Shown: positions 22,918 through 31,036 of the stretch, piece by piece
How positions within the stretch are numbered: the first letter of the stretch is position 1
How the letters are laid out: every line of letters begins with the position of its first letter
IMG/VR virus record: IMGVR_UViG_3300046795_000031
Location: 1 to 31,500 of that record
Length of the DNA: 31,500 nt
Direction: 5' to 3' (one strand)
Origin: a virus
Taxonomy: Duplodnaviria; Caudoviricetes
Notes under the pieces: model-generated
What the model saw: only the letters and a program-made list of their open reading frames with translations
What the model was told of the DNA's origin: nothing
Databases searched by the model: none
Translations under genes and position numbers: made by a program

Positions 22918-25900
22918 TCAGGCAATATCCGCGTCCGTTATCCTTTGCAGTTGAAAATCATTGGATTGCACAAAGGCGCTCATATTGCCGCTGAAATCAA
23001 TGGCCCGCACTTGAACATAAAGACTCTGCCCGGTCCCATCAGGGTGGAAGTAGGGCGGCGGGTTGTTGCTCAAGTCAAAAACCATCCGCACATTGCTCGT
23101 CTGCCCTACCAGCGCGGCGCTCGTTCCTGCCCTGGCCTGTGCATAGCCGATTAGGTTGCCGCGATAGGGATTGCCTGAAGCATCGAGAAGAAAGTCGAAA
23201 CTCACGACTACGGCCTCTATCGCGGCGAGATCCAACGAGGTTGGCAGATTGAAACTCGCCTGAATCGTGACGGTTTTTAAAACGCCCCAGGCTTCCACGG
23301 TACGCGGAGGATCTGGCGGTGTCGTATCGCCAAAAAAAGTCGTCGGCCCACGAATTACCGGAGCGAAATTATTGTAAACTCCGCTTGAATTGAAAGGCGT
23401 GAATCGATGATACCAAGTACCGCCTTGATCGCCTCCGTCACGCTCCCAGTGTATTCCGGTGGGGCGCGCCAGTTCATACCAGTGTATTCTGTCCGCAGAT
23501 TGCTCGATTTTGAATCCGTATGTCTCGCTGAAACTTGTCCAGCGAATACGATAGGTCGTGCCAATGGTCGGCAGTCCGGTGAACTGCTCGCAAGCTGCCG
23601 AACGGCTAAGGGCGTCGTAATATAAAATCTTTCTTTCCTGGTCGTGAAACGGTCCATCGGCGATAAGTAAATAAGCGCCTCGATAATAATTGGTCTGCTC
23701 GGCTATCGACGGTTCGTTAAAATCCAAAACGATGACGGTCGTAGTCACATCGGTTATACCGGCACCCATCGGCCCTGCCGTATGCGCATTGCCCGACATA
23801 TGACCGCCATGTACGGCCAGCCCGCGAGTAATATCGAATAGGATAACTGCTCCCCAACTCCCATCCCTTCTTTGCACTACTTGGCACTGCACCGAAGCGT
23901 CGCGGATCGGAATCGGCGGCACGATAGATAGCGGAAATCGTTTGCGATCAAGCCCCGGCGGTAGCGCATCGGGATTATAAACCTCCTCGATATATTCGGT
24001 CCGGATCTGCGTGATATGCCCCTGATCGTCGATCTGAAAGTCCCGCGCCCGCGTCTTGATGTGGTCGATCAATTCCACGCCGATGGCGAATATCGCGCCC
24101 TCTTCCACCGGATTATTGAAAGACGAAGCCATCGCGATCTCATTCCAGCGGCCCGGCCCCGTAGCTATCAGGCGCGTCTCACATAAGCTCATCCCCTTGT
24201 GTTGAATAATGGCGAGATAGCTTTTCCCTACCTCAAGCTCGATGGTGTAAGGCAAATATAGAGTGGCGACGGTACAACCTGCCGGGAGCACTCCCGTATA
24301 TGCGCCGATATCTCCGATGGTGCGCTCGCTCAGCCAATCGATATCGAACGGCTCGCCTGTCAACTGACTTGAAGGCGAAACGAAACTGAACCGGCGCTTT
24401 TCGAGATCCTGCCGTTTCATTTGAATCATGTTTTCGCGGATCACCTCGGACTCGCGGGTAATAGTCTCGTAAGCAACCACCTTTTGATTGACCGAAGTTC
24501 TCGGCGCGATGCTGTCTATCGGCTGGGAAAGCTCGCTCGTGTAGTCGCTTGCGCTGTCTCTAAATTGACCGACGATTTGATTGAAGGGATCGTCCGGCGG
24601 GCTGATCTCCATCGAGATCGAGCCTTCGATGATATTGCCCGGCTCGGCGAGTAGCATATTCGGCGTGCCGGGTTTGTCGATCACATATTTCCAAAGAAGT
24701 CCTGATGGAAAAACACAGGCGCGGCCCTCGCCTGCAACTCTTTTCACCCAATCCCAATCCCATCGCCGCTCGGTTATTCCGACATCGCAGAGGTCGCGCT
24801 GCTCCGTACCGCCGCCCTGCGCCGGGACTAACTCGTCATAGTAAGCGAGCGAGTCGAAATGCCATTGGCTGTCATCTATCTCAGCCTCGCTGAATTCATA
24901 GCCCATGCCGCAAGTAGGATGCACCATCATGTCGCGCACGATCTGGGTGCGCTCTCGCGTATAGGATAGCGGCGACCCCGGTATCAAAACATTCTTGCAC
25001 TTCTTACCTTTGACGAATGCCGACACTTCGACGGACTGAAGATTCTTGACTTGATTGCCCTGCAATCCGGTAATTCCCAACAGCACATAGCCGGGATAGT
25101 TCGTAGTCGTATAGCTCACCTCTTCAACGTTAAATATGACCACCGTGGTGGCATGAGGATCTTGTATCGAACCCAGGCCGGCGCTATTGACGGTGATCTT
25201 CAAATCCCATTGCCCGGCCGGCGCAAGCTCGTCATGCCAGATCGCGCCTTCAAACTGCCCGAACATAATCCAATGCTGAAAAGCCGCCATCGGTGAGCTG
25301 CCGTGAAACGGATCGGCGGCCACGTCGGGACGGTCGGCCCAATATTGATTCGCCGCTTCCAGGGACACCATAGAAGTCTGGATATAGACGTCGCGAAAAA
25401 AGGCGCTCCGAACGGCGTCTTCTATGTGCCACAACGGCCCCGACACACTAGGCACATAGACAAAATCGGCACTGCTGCCGGTCCGCCTTAAATCGATGCG
25501 CAGGTCGACAAAGTCCTGACGAAATTGTCCCGTCTTAGTCGCGCTCCAAAGACCGGCGGGAAAATGCAGAATCAGTTTAATTACATTGATGTTATTTCCC
25601 TGCGTCGTGTAATTGAGCGGCGTGCCTTCTTCGCGTGTCTCATTATAAGGTAAGGTCCGACCGTCAACGAATAGATTCGATGTCCGGCTGAATTCAGGAA
25701 TAACGCTTTGAGTCAGACTCCCGAGCCGGGTGTGGACCGTGACGCCCTTGTATTGATCGGCTGGTATCCTGTCGATTCGCACGTCATAGATCGCTTCATA
25801 ACCATCGCCGCCGCTGTCGCCGATGCAATAAAGAATATTGGCGAGCATGGTCGTATAATCAGCAGACAAGTTCGCGCCCGATGCGATCACATGTCCCCAT

Positions 25901-26352
25901 ACCCTTTGCTCGCCGTACCAGACTGGGATCGGCACGCCCTGCCCCGTAGTGTTTTGAAATCCGGTAATGCCGAAGGCTTGGCCGCTGCTGCCGTCGAGCT
26001 TTGGCGCTTTGGGATTGGGAGTCAGTGCTTTGACTATTGCCGACATCGCTATCGACACCGCTATTGAGGCGACGATATTGACCACGGTAGCCGCGACCGT
26101 CCCCGCTGCTAACGCTGTCGATAAAGCAGGGATCAAGGCAAGAAGTGGCGCTCCTGTTTTTAACCCCAAGCGCACCCGGTCGCTCTTTTGTGGGACATAG
26201 CTTTGCCAATCGGCAATCAATCGGCCATTGATTAAACACGTCTCGACCGCTGGCAAGCACTCTTTGAGCAACGCCGCAAGATTAAGCCCGCAGGCATCTA
26301 CCGCCGCGCTCTCTTCGTATCCTGCCGGGCCATCTGCAACCGTTAGGAGCAT
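22918..26352 (-). CDS. Tail tip / host-specificity protein (lambda gpI-like N-terminus fused to a gpJ-like body)
   Basis: Hydrophobic ALIPAL...VSIAMS segment, GVPIPVWYGEQRVWG, RLGSLTQSVIP, VKGKK, GNIIEGS and a C-terminal FN3-like region (DTTPPDPP...VRAIDFSGNMS). Confidence 0.9.
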   Translation of the reverse strand: MLLTVADGPAGYEESAAVDACGLNLAALLKECLPAVETCLINGRLIADWQSYVPQKSDRVRLGLKTGAPLLALIPALSTALAAGTVAATVVNIVASIAVSIAMSAIVKALTPNPKAPKLDGSSGQAFGITGFQNTTGQGVPIPVWYGEQRVWGHVIASGANLSADYTTMLANILYCIGDSGGDGYEAIYDVRIDRIPADQYKGVTVHTRLGSLTQSVIPEFSRTSNLFVDGRTLPYNETREEGTPLNYTTQGNNINVIKLILHFPAGLWSATKTGQFRQDFVDLRIDLRRTGSSADFVYVPSVSGPLWHIEDAVRSAFFRDVYIQTSMVSLEAANQYWADRPDVAADPFHGSSPMAAFQHWIMFGQFEGAIWHDELAPAGQWDLKITVNSAGLGSIQDPHATTVVIFNVEEVSYTTTNYPGYVLLGITGLQGNQVKNLQSVEVSAFVKGKKCKNVLIPGSPLSYTRERTQIVRDMMVHPTCGMGYEFSEAEIDDSQWHFDSLAYYDELVPAQGGGTEQRDLCDVGITERRWDWDWVKRVAGEGRACVFPSGLLWKYVIDKPGTPNMLLAEPGNIIEGSISMEISPPDDPFNQIVGQFRDSASDYTSELSQPIDSIAPRTSVNQKVVAYETITRESEVIRENMIQMKRQDLEKRRFSFVSPSSQLTGEPFDIDWLSERTIGDIGAYTGVLPAGCTVATLYLPYTIELEVGKSYLAIIQHKGMSLCETRLIATGPGRWNEIAMASSFNNPVEEGAIFAIGVELIDHIKTRARDFQIDDQGHITQIRTEYIEEVYNPDALPPGLDRKRFPLSIVPPIPIRDASVQCQVVQRRDGSWGAVILFDITRGLAVHGGHMSGNAHTAGPMGAGITDVTTTVIVLDFNEPSIAEQTNYYRGAYLLIADGPFHDQERKILYYDALSRSAACEQFTGLPTIGTTYRIRWTSFSETYGFKIEQSADRIHWYELARPTGIHWERDGGDQGGTWYHRFTPFNSSGVYNNFAPVIRGPTTFFGDTTPPDPPRTVEAWGVLKTVTIQASFNLPTSLDLAAIEAVVVSFDFLLDASGNPYRGNLIGYAQARAGTSAALVGQTSNVRMVFDLSNNPPPYFHPDGTGQSLYVQVRAIDFSGNMSAFVQSNDFQLQRITDADIA

Positions 26353-26732
26353 AAATCCTTATGACGATAAAAGCCTTTAAGAGACGAGTCCCAGACAGGA
26401 CGACTAATATCGATCTTGCCGACGCCATTCGTTTGAGGAATACATTGAATACATTTTCGATAATCGATCATCACTCCAATATGAAAGCCGCCCCCTTCAA
26501 ATTGCGCGCCATGAAAAACCGCGATATCGCCGAAACGCGGCTCCTCTACCTTGACGAAATTACGTCTTTCCTTAATTGCCTCTTTGCTAATCTCGTTTCC
26601 CATTTCAGCAAAAAACTTGATGACGAATTTCAAGCAACCCTCATCCTCGTAAGGCAGGCCGAGCCAGCCGCCAAGCCCCACCGGCTTATTACAAAGGTCT
26701 TCGATCCGTTTTCTGGTTTCTTCCTCGATCAT
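26343..26732 (-). CDS. NlpC/P60-like tail assembly protein (gpK-like)
   Basis: WLGLPY...GCLKFV...PRFGDIAVF...FHIGVMID...GFYRH. Start at 26732 via an ATGA overlap. Confidence 0.75.
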   Translation of the reverse strand: MIEEETRKRIEDLCNKPVGLGGWLGLPYEDEGCLKFVIKFFAEMGNEISKEAIKERRNFVKVEEPRFGDIAVFHGAQFEGGGFHIGVMIDYRKCIQCIPQTNGVGKIDISRPVWDSSLKGFYRHKDLCS

Positions 26733-27229
26733 GAGATCCGCGGCACTTCCGGACTCAAGCCGGGAAATTCCGATTGAGTGTAAATTTTCCTCGGCAATAC
26801 ACCTCGGCCAAGCCAGCGCCCAATGGTAAAATTTACCATCGACTGATCGGCTTTGATTGCCATGATTTTCGCCGCTCGCTCCCAATGGCCCGTTATTTTA
26901 GATAACAAATCTGCATGCAGCAGGCGCAGCGTTACGGCATTGCCAGTCACATCGATTTCTTTTACATACTTGCCAGCTAATCCGGCCAAGTTGGAAACCG
27001 ATATCGTCGCCGCCTCGATGCTCATGCCTTGTGAGGTTTTCAAATTAATCCACGTCATCAGAATCGGTTGAAACGTGTGGCCATTCCATGTAATCGGCTC
27101 GGGATTCTCTGCCCAATACGAGATTACCGGCCCGACCGGGTTTTCGACCAATTCGACGGTCTTGATGAATCTGCCGCCTTCGTAATTCGCCGCTAATTTT
27201 CTTACATACGCATCGTCTAGGATTAACAT
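26729..27229 (-). CDS. Minor tail protein (gpL-like hub)
   Basis: ITWNGHTFQP...ATISVSN...LPRKIYT..EFPGL, in the canonical position. Confidence 0.75.
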   Translation of the reverse strand: MLILDDAYVRKLAANYEGGRFIKTVELVENPVGPVISYWAENPEPITWNGHTFQPILMTWINLKTSQGMSIEAATISVSNLAGLAGKYVKEIDVTGNAVTLRLLHADLLSKITGHWERAAKIMAIKADQSMVNFTIGRWLGRGVLPRKIYTQSEFPGLSPEVPRIS

Positions 27230-27243
27230 TCATTAAATTTCCG

Positions 27244-27271
27244 GTACGGGCGATTCATGAATCGCCCCTAC
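27244..27271. repeat. Family A palindrome, copy A8 (supplies a TAG stop)
   Basis: GTAC-GGGCGATTCATGAATCGCCC-CTAC. Confidence 0.95.
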
Positions 27272-27843
27272 GTTGCCACCTCTTCTATGACCAATTTCAG
27301 CCGGTGAATATTCTCAGCGGTTATCTGCGAGCGAAACGAGCGCGACATCTGGGTCTTTTCCTCGGTCCGCAGCACGCATTTAATCCGCCGCCTATATTTG
27401 GCCGTGATCGGGTAGTTAGGATTGATGACTCCGGTAAACCGGATCGCGTCGCAGGTGATCCCATCGCCGCCGAGCGGCGACCACGGCTGATAAAACGACC
27501 CGTTGACGTAAACTAACAACGACGAAACAAACACAAAACGGTGTGGCAGATCGTAGTCTGTCGTGTTGGCGATCCCGATGGCCACTAGGACCGGCGCGAC
27601 CACCTCGCCGAAGCCGGCACCGTCAAACCAGAAAGGCGTGTCGCCTTGAACGTTCTCCAACAGTCCCAGCACCGGGCCGAGCAATTCCTGGCGGCCCGGG
27701 ACAACCAGCTCCCAGCTTGAGAGCGGCCGCTTTTGCAATCGTCTGAACATCATCGTGCCGTTGCCGACGGGGTCTTTCATCGTGGGCATGGAAAGATTTT
27801 GCGGCATGACGTGTTCCGGCGCGGCGAGTATCGTATAGGCCAT
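27268..27843 (-). CDS. Distal tail protein (gpM/DUF2460-like)
   Basis: Follows the tape measure gene. GDTPFWF motif with an inserted beta domain. Confidence 0.7.
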   Translation of the reverse strand: MAYTILAAPEHVMPQNLSMPTMKDPVGNGTMMFRRLQKRPLSSWELVVPGRQELLGPVLGLLENVQGDTPFWFDGAGFGEVVAPVLVAIGIANTTDYDLPHRFVFVSSLLVYVNGSFYQPWSPLGGDGITCDAIRFTGVINPNYPITAKYRRRIKCVLRTEEKTQMSRSFRSQITAENIHRLKLVIEEVAT

Positions 27844-28005
27844 TTATTTTTCCACTACGTTTTCATGCTTTTTTATAGTCTGTTGAAGTCCACACCACTT
27901 GCACCACAAAACCGTTTCACCATTCGGATAAATAGGAGGCGCATGATGCCAATGATAACGATGAGCAAATTTCATAAGCAATCGGTACAAATAGCCATAA
28001 ATCAT
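27844..28005 (-). CDS. 53-aa His/Cys protein absent from the ORF track
   Basis: MIYGYLYRLLMKFAHRYHWHHAPPIYPNGETVLWCKWCGLQQTIKKHENVVEK. ATGA overlap with the tape measure stop, and its TAA abuts the next ATG. Confidence 0.65.
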   Translation of the reverse strand: MIYGYLYRLLMKFAHRYHWHHAPPIYPNGETVLWCKWCGLQQTIKKHENVVEK

Positions 28006-30200
28006 TTTCCCCGCAGCCTCAGCCTCTGCTCGATCGCGCTCATCACCATGCCGTCATTGGTAATATTGCCGGCGGTGACGCGCACCACCTGGTCCGGCGT
28101 CATGTTCGGTTGGCGCGGCGTGATATCACCGTTGATCTCGATATTGACCGCAGGAGCGCCGCCGCCCGGCACCTTGCCTGTCTTATTCATCATCCCGAGC
28201 GTATCCGCGCCGATATTATCGACGGCCTTTTTCTGCATGACGAATTCGCCGCCGTGGCCAATAAAAAGGCCACCGCTGGCGAAGCTCGGGATCATGCCGC
28301 CGCGGGCCAGTCCTGTCCATCCTAATTCAAGATCGAGTGCCGACATTGATCCGGCTCCGGCACTGCTACCACCACCAAATAGACCGGCCAAACCTCCACC
28401 GCCGCCCCCCAATGCTTGGCTTACCCATTGCGATACTTGCTGGCCGAGTCTTTTCGCCCAGGCTTTTAATTCCTTGTTTGCAGCTTCGTCCAATGCGCCT
28501 ACAAGTCCTGAGATAAATCCCGATGCTATTGCTTTTAATGGTTCGAGAATTGTCTTGTCGAAGATCGCACCCTGCAATTCCAGCATCATGTTACGGAGCA
28601 AATTTTTCATCCCCTCGCCGATGCTTTGATCACCCGTCTCAATGCCCATCAGGGTATTTTTTAAACCCGATGTTAATGAGTTGGCTACTTCTTCCCCGAG
28701 TTTATCCGCCTGACTCTTTATCGATTCGATAGACTTGAGCGTCCCGGCTTCCGCCGTCGTAATCAATGAATTGATTTGATCTTCGGTCAATCCCGCTTCT
28801 CTTCCTACTTCGCCAATTTGAAGCGCGAGATTGCCAAATTCTGTTTTTAATTCTTGAATCCTTCGGGCGTCGTTTTCTTCCGGTACAAGACCCAATCCAA
28901 GTTGTTGCTCTAACTTAATAATTTGTTTTCTCGCCTCAATCTTTTGTTGATCTGTTCTCGCCTGATTCTCGTTGAATTCTCTTTGCTGTTCCGGTGTCAA
29001 ACCAAAGCGCGTCGATTCCTCTATCAGCGGCGTATCTTTGCGGCTTTGTTCTGCTAATCGATGGAGATCGTCGCGTGCAAGACCTTCCAACCGCAATTGA
29101 TCGGTTAATTCACGGCGGCGTTCCTGCTCGGCCTTAATAGCAGCAGTTATATGCTTGGAGTTTTCCTCCATCTCCTGTTGCTGAAGCGTATAATTCTGTG
29201 CGGCTTCTTTACCTGAGTTTAACTCGATGATCTGTGCTTGCAGCGCAGCATTCGATTTTTGCAACGCCTCAACCATCGCCTTTATTTCTTCGGCGGCTTT
29301 TTTTGCGGCTGCTTCATCGATTGGCGGTTTGAATTTCGCCCCCGGCTCTTTTGCCGGCGTATGAGATTGCGGCGATAACAATTCCGCAAGCTGCGATTCG
29401 ATGTCCGCCTTGTCTATAAAGCCTTCGTGAAAGGCACCCGCCCAGAATTGTTTCCAATACAAATAACCTCGTTGGAGCGACCGACTGATATTGTCTAAAT
29501 CTTCAATCAGCCTCGACAGTTGTCCCGCGAGATATACCTCTATCGTATTGGAAATCCTGGTCCAGGAATCGCCCCAACGATCCAGTATCTCTATATCTTC
29601 CTCGCTGATGCCTCCTGCTTTAAGTTCGGCGAGTCGTCCCGACATCTCTAAAATGGCCGGACCGAGCTCGCGGAAACTCTTACCAAGTAACTGCGCACCT
29701 AGCGCGGCCCGATTGAGCGGATTGCTGACGTTACCTAACGCATCGGTGATGAGCTTTAAAAAATCCTCGGTATTGGCGTTGCGCACTTCATCGAGATTTA
29801 AACCGAGCGCCTTTACCGCCTGCGCTGCGGGGTCAGTTTCGTTTTTGATACCGCCGAGGTTTTTTTGAAGTGTGAAGATGCCCTTGGCGAAAGCATCGAG
29901 CGATGTGCCGTTTTCTTCGAGAGTGGATTTGAGACCGCTTAGCGTTTGACTAGATATGCCGGTCTGTAGGGATAAATCTTTAAGTTGGCCGCCGAGATTA
30001 ACGATCTGTTTGCCGTATGCGATGATGGCGCCTGCGCTAAAGGCCGCGCCTAGGATATTGCCGAAACTCTTGGCTAGATTCTCGACGTTGGTGAAGGACG
30101 TTTTAAAAACGCCCTCCATTTCCTTCACATCGACGCGCAGCTTGCCGAGATCGGCGCGCATCTCGACCAGGAGCTGGCCGACGGTGCCCTTACCTGCCAT
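28002..30200 (-). CDS. Tail tape measure protein
   Basis: 732 aa, helical and Ala/Gly/Leu-rich. VGQLLVEMRAD start and GLARGG/FASGG...GGEFVMQKKAV C-terminal motifs. Confidence 0.92.
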   Translation of the reverse strand: MAGKGTVGQLLVEMRADLGKLRVDVKEMEGVFKTSFTNVENLAKSFGNILGAAFSAGAIIAYGKQIVNLGGQLKDLSLQTGISSQTLSGLKSTLEENGTSLDAFAKGIFTLQKNLGGIKNETDPAAQAVKALGLNLDEVRNANTEDFLKLITDALGNVSNPLNRAALGAQLLGKSFRELGPAILEMSGRLAELKAGGISEEDIEILDRWGDSWTRISNTIEVYLAGQLSRLIEDLDNISRSLQRGYLYWKQFWAGAFHEGFIDKADIESQLAELLSPQSHTPAKEPGAKFKPPIDEAAAKKAAEEIKAMVEALQKSNAALQAQIIELNSGKEAAQNYTLQQQEMEENSKHITAAIKAEQERRRELTDQLRLEGLARDDLHRLAEQSRKDTPLIEESTRFGLTPEQQREFNENQARTDQQKIEARKQIIKLEQQLGLGLVPEENDARRIQELKTEFGNLALQIGEVGREAGLTEDQINSLITTAEAGTLKSIESIKSQADKLGEEVANSLTSGLKNTLMGIETGDQSIGEGMKNLLRNMMLELQGAIFDKTILEPLKAIASGFISGLVGALDEAANKELKAWAKRLGQQVSQWVSQALGGGGGGLAGLFGGGSSAGAGSMSALDLELGWTGLARGGMIPSFASGGLFIGHGGEFVMQKKAVDNIGADTLGMMNKTGKVPGGGAPAVNIEINGDITPRQPNMTPDQVVRVTAGNITNDGMVMSAIEQRLRLRGK

Positions 30201-30570
30201 CGCTCATCCCCTGTACGGGCGATTCGTGAATCTGCTGTACGGGCGATTCATGAATCGCCCCTCCCTTATTAAAGAACCGATCCAGGAATAATTCGGACTC
30301 TTCTTCGCTGAGATATTTGTTGCCGTCGGGTGGAAAGGGCAAGAGATCGGTGTATTCAAGAGTTTGACCGCGCCCGCCAAACATATTGGCGACGGATGCC
30401 GTCAGGATCGCCACCGGACGCGCATGGCGGTTCTCTCTTTCAATCCACTGTTCGGATAATAAACGTAGCTCGAACGGCGTGAGCGCCCAGAATTCTTGCG
30501 AGGAAAGGCCGAGGTCTATTCGGGCGAAGGACCAGAGGTCGCTGTCCCATTGAGTTTCATCAAATTTTTT
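30190..30570 (-). CDS. Tail assembly chaperone gpT-like part, reached by -1 frameshift
   Basis: The -1 frame after the A10 run reads KKFDETQWDSDLWSFARIDLGLSSQEFWALTPFEL... and continues into the 30190..30414 ORF. Confidence 0.85.
   Translation of the reverse strand, partial: KKFDETQWDSDLWSFARIDLGLSSQEFWALTPFELRLLSEQWIERENRHARPVAILTASVANMFGGRGQTLEYTDLLPFPPDGNKYLSEEESELFLDRFFNKGGAIHESPVQQIHESPVQGMSDGR
30213..30264. repeat. Family A palindrome, copy A9, plus a partial tandem copy (in-frame GAIHESPVQQIHESPVQ)
   Basis: GTACGGGCGATTCGTGAATC-tgct-GTAC-GGGCGATTCATGAATCGCCC-CTCC. Confidence 0.95.
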
Positions 30571-30941
30571 TTTTCCGCTGATTCAATGGGTGCCTCGTCT
30601 GTCTTGGGCTCGATCTTTAGGTATGTTTCAGTGATTACCCGCAGCGTCAATTGCATCACGTCGCGCAGGTCAAACGGCATCTGTCCGACTGCGTCGATCG
30701 ACAGATCGGGATCTTCATGGAGCATCGAGGCCCATAAGATCGCCTCGCAGAAGTCCATCCCGACGTCGCCCTGCTCGACCTGCGGTAGCTCTTCCATCAT
30801 GATGCGGAAAATAGCTTTGCGCGGCTGCAAGTTTCTCGACTTGTTGAGCTCGCGCTCGGCCGCCTTGAGCCCGCCGACCGTCAGTAATAGCCGGCGCGGC
30901 TTGTCGAGTTCGATGTCTATTGGCTGTACGCCTGCTCTCAT
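30516..30941 (-). CDS. Tail assembly chaperone gpG-like
   Basis: IELDKPRRLLLT...ILWASMLHEDPDLSIDAVG. Lies between the major tail and tape measure genes. Start at 30941. Confidence 0.85.
   Translation of the reverse strand: MRAGVQPIDIELDKPRRLLLTVGGLKAAERELNKSRNLQPRKAIFRIMMEELPQVEQGDVGMDFCEAILWASMLHEDPDLSIDAVGQMPFDLRDVMQLTLRVITETYLKIEPKTDEAPIESAEKKNLMKLNGTATSGPSPE
30562..30576 (-). promoter_or_regulatory. Programmed -1 ribosomal frameshift slippery site
   Basis: GG-AAAAAAAAAA-TTT near the 3' end of the gpG-like gene. Confidence 0.8.
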
Positions 30942-31036
30942 AAAGAATCGACGTATAAGGGTAAAAGAGTACAAGAGTAAAAGAGTCTTCGGACTTTTGT
31001 ACTCTTGTACATTTGTACTTTTGTACTTCTTTTCAC
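30938..31036 (-). CDS. 32-aa micro-ORF encoded by repeat B9
   Basis: (M)KRSTKVQMYKSTKVRRLFYSCTLLPLYVDSL. GTGA overlap with the major tail stop and ATGA overlap with the chaperone start. Confidence 0.5.
   Translation of the reverse strand: MKRSTKVQMYKSTKVRRLFYSCTLLPLYVDSL
30953..31033. repeat. Family B inverted repeat, copy B9
   Basis: AAGGGTAA AAGAGTAC AAGAGTAA AAGAGT-cttcgg-ACTTTTGT ACTCTTGT ACATTTGT ACTTTTGT ACTTCTTT. Confidence 0.95.

Noticed and set aside
11441-26352. Diversity-generating retroelement or invertase shufflon for the fibre genes
   Set aside because: No reverse transcriptase, no adenine-variant TR/VR pair, no invertase and no inverted gene cassettes seen.
27733-28629. 298-aa plus-strand ORF
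   Set aside because: Antisense shadow of the tape measure and distal tail genes, with no motifs.
10128-30264. Family A or B repeats as a CRISPR array
   Set aside because: Copies are separated by hundreds to thousands of bases of genes, not regular 30-40 bp spacers, and no cas genes are present.
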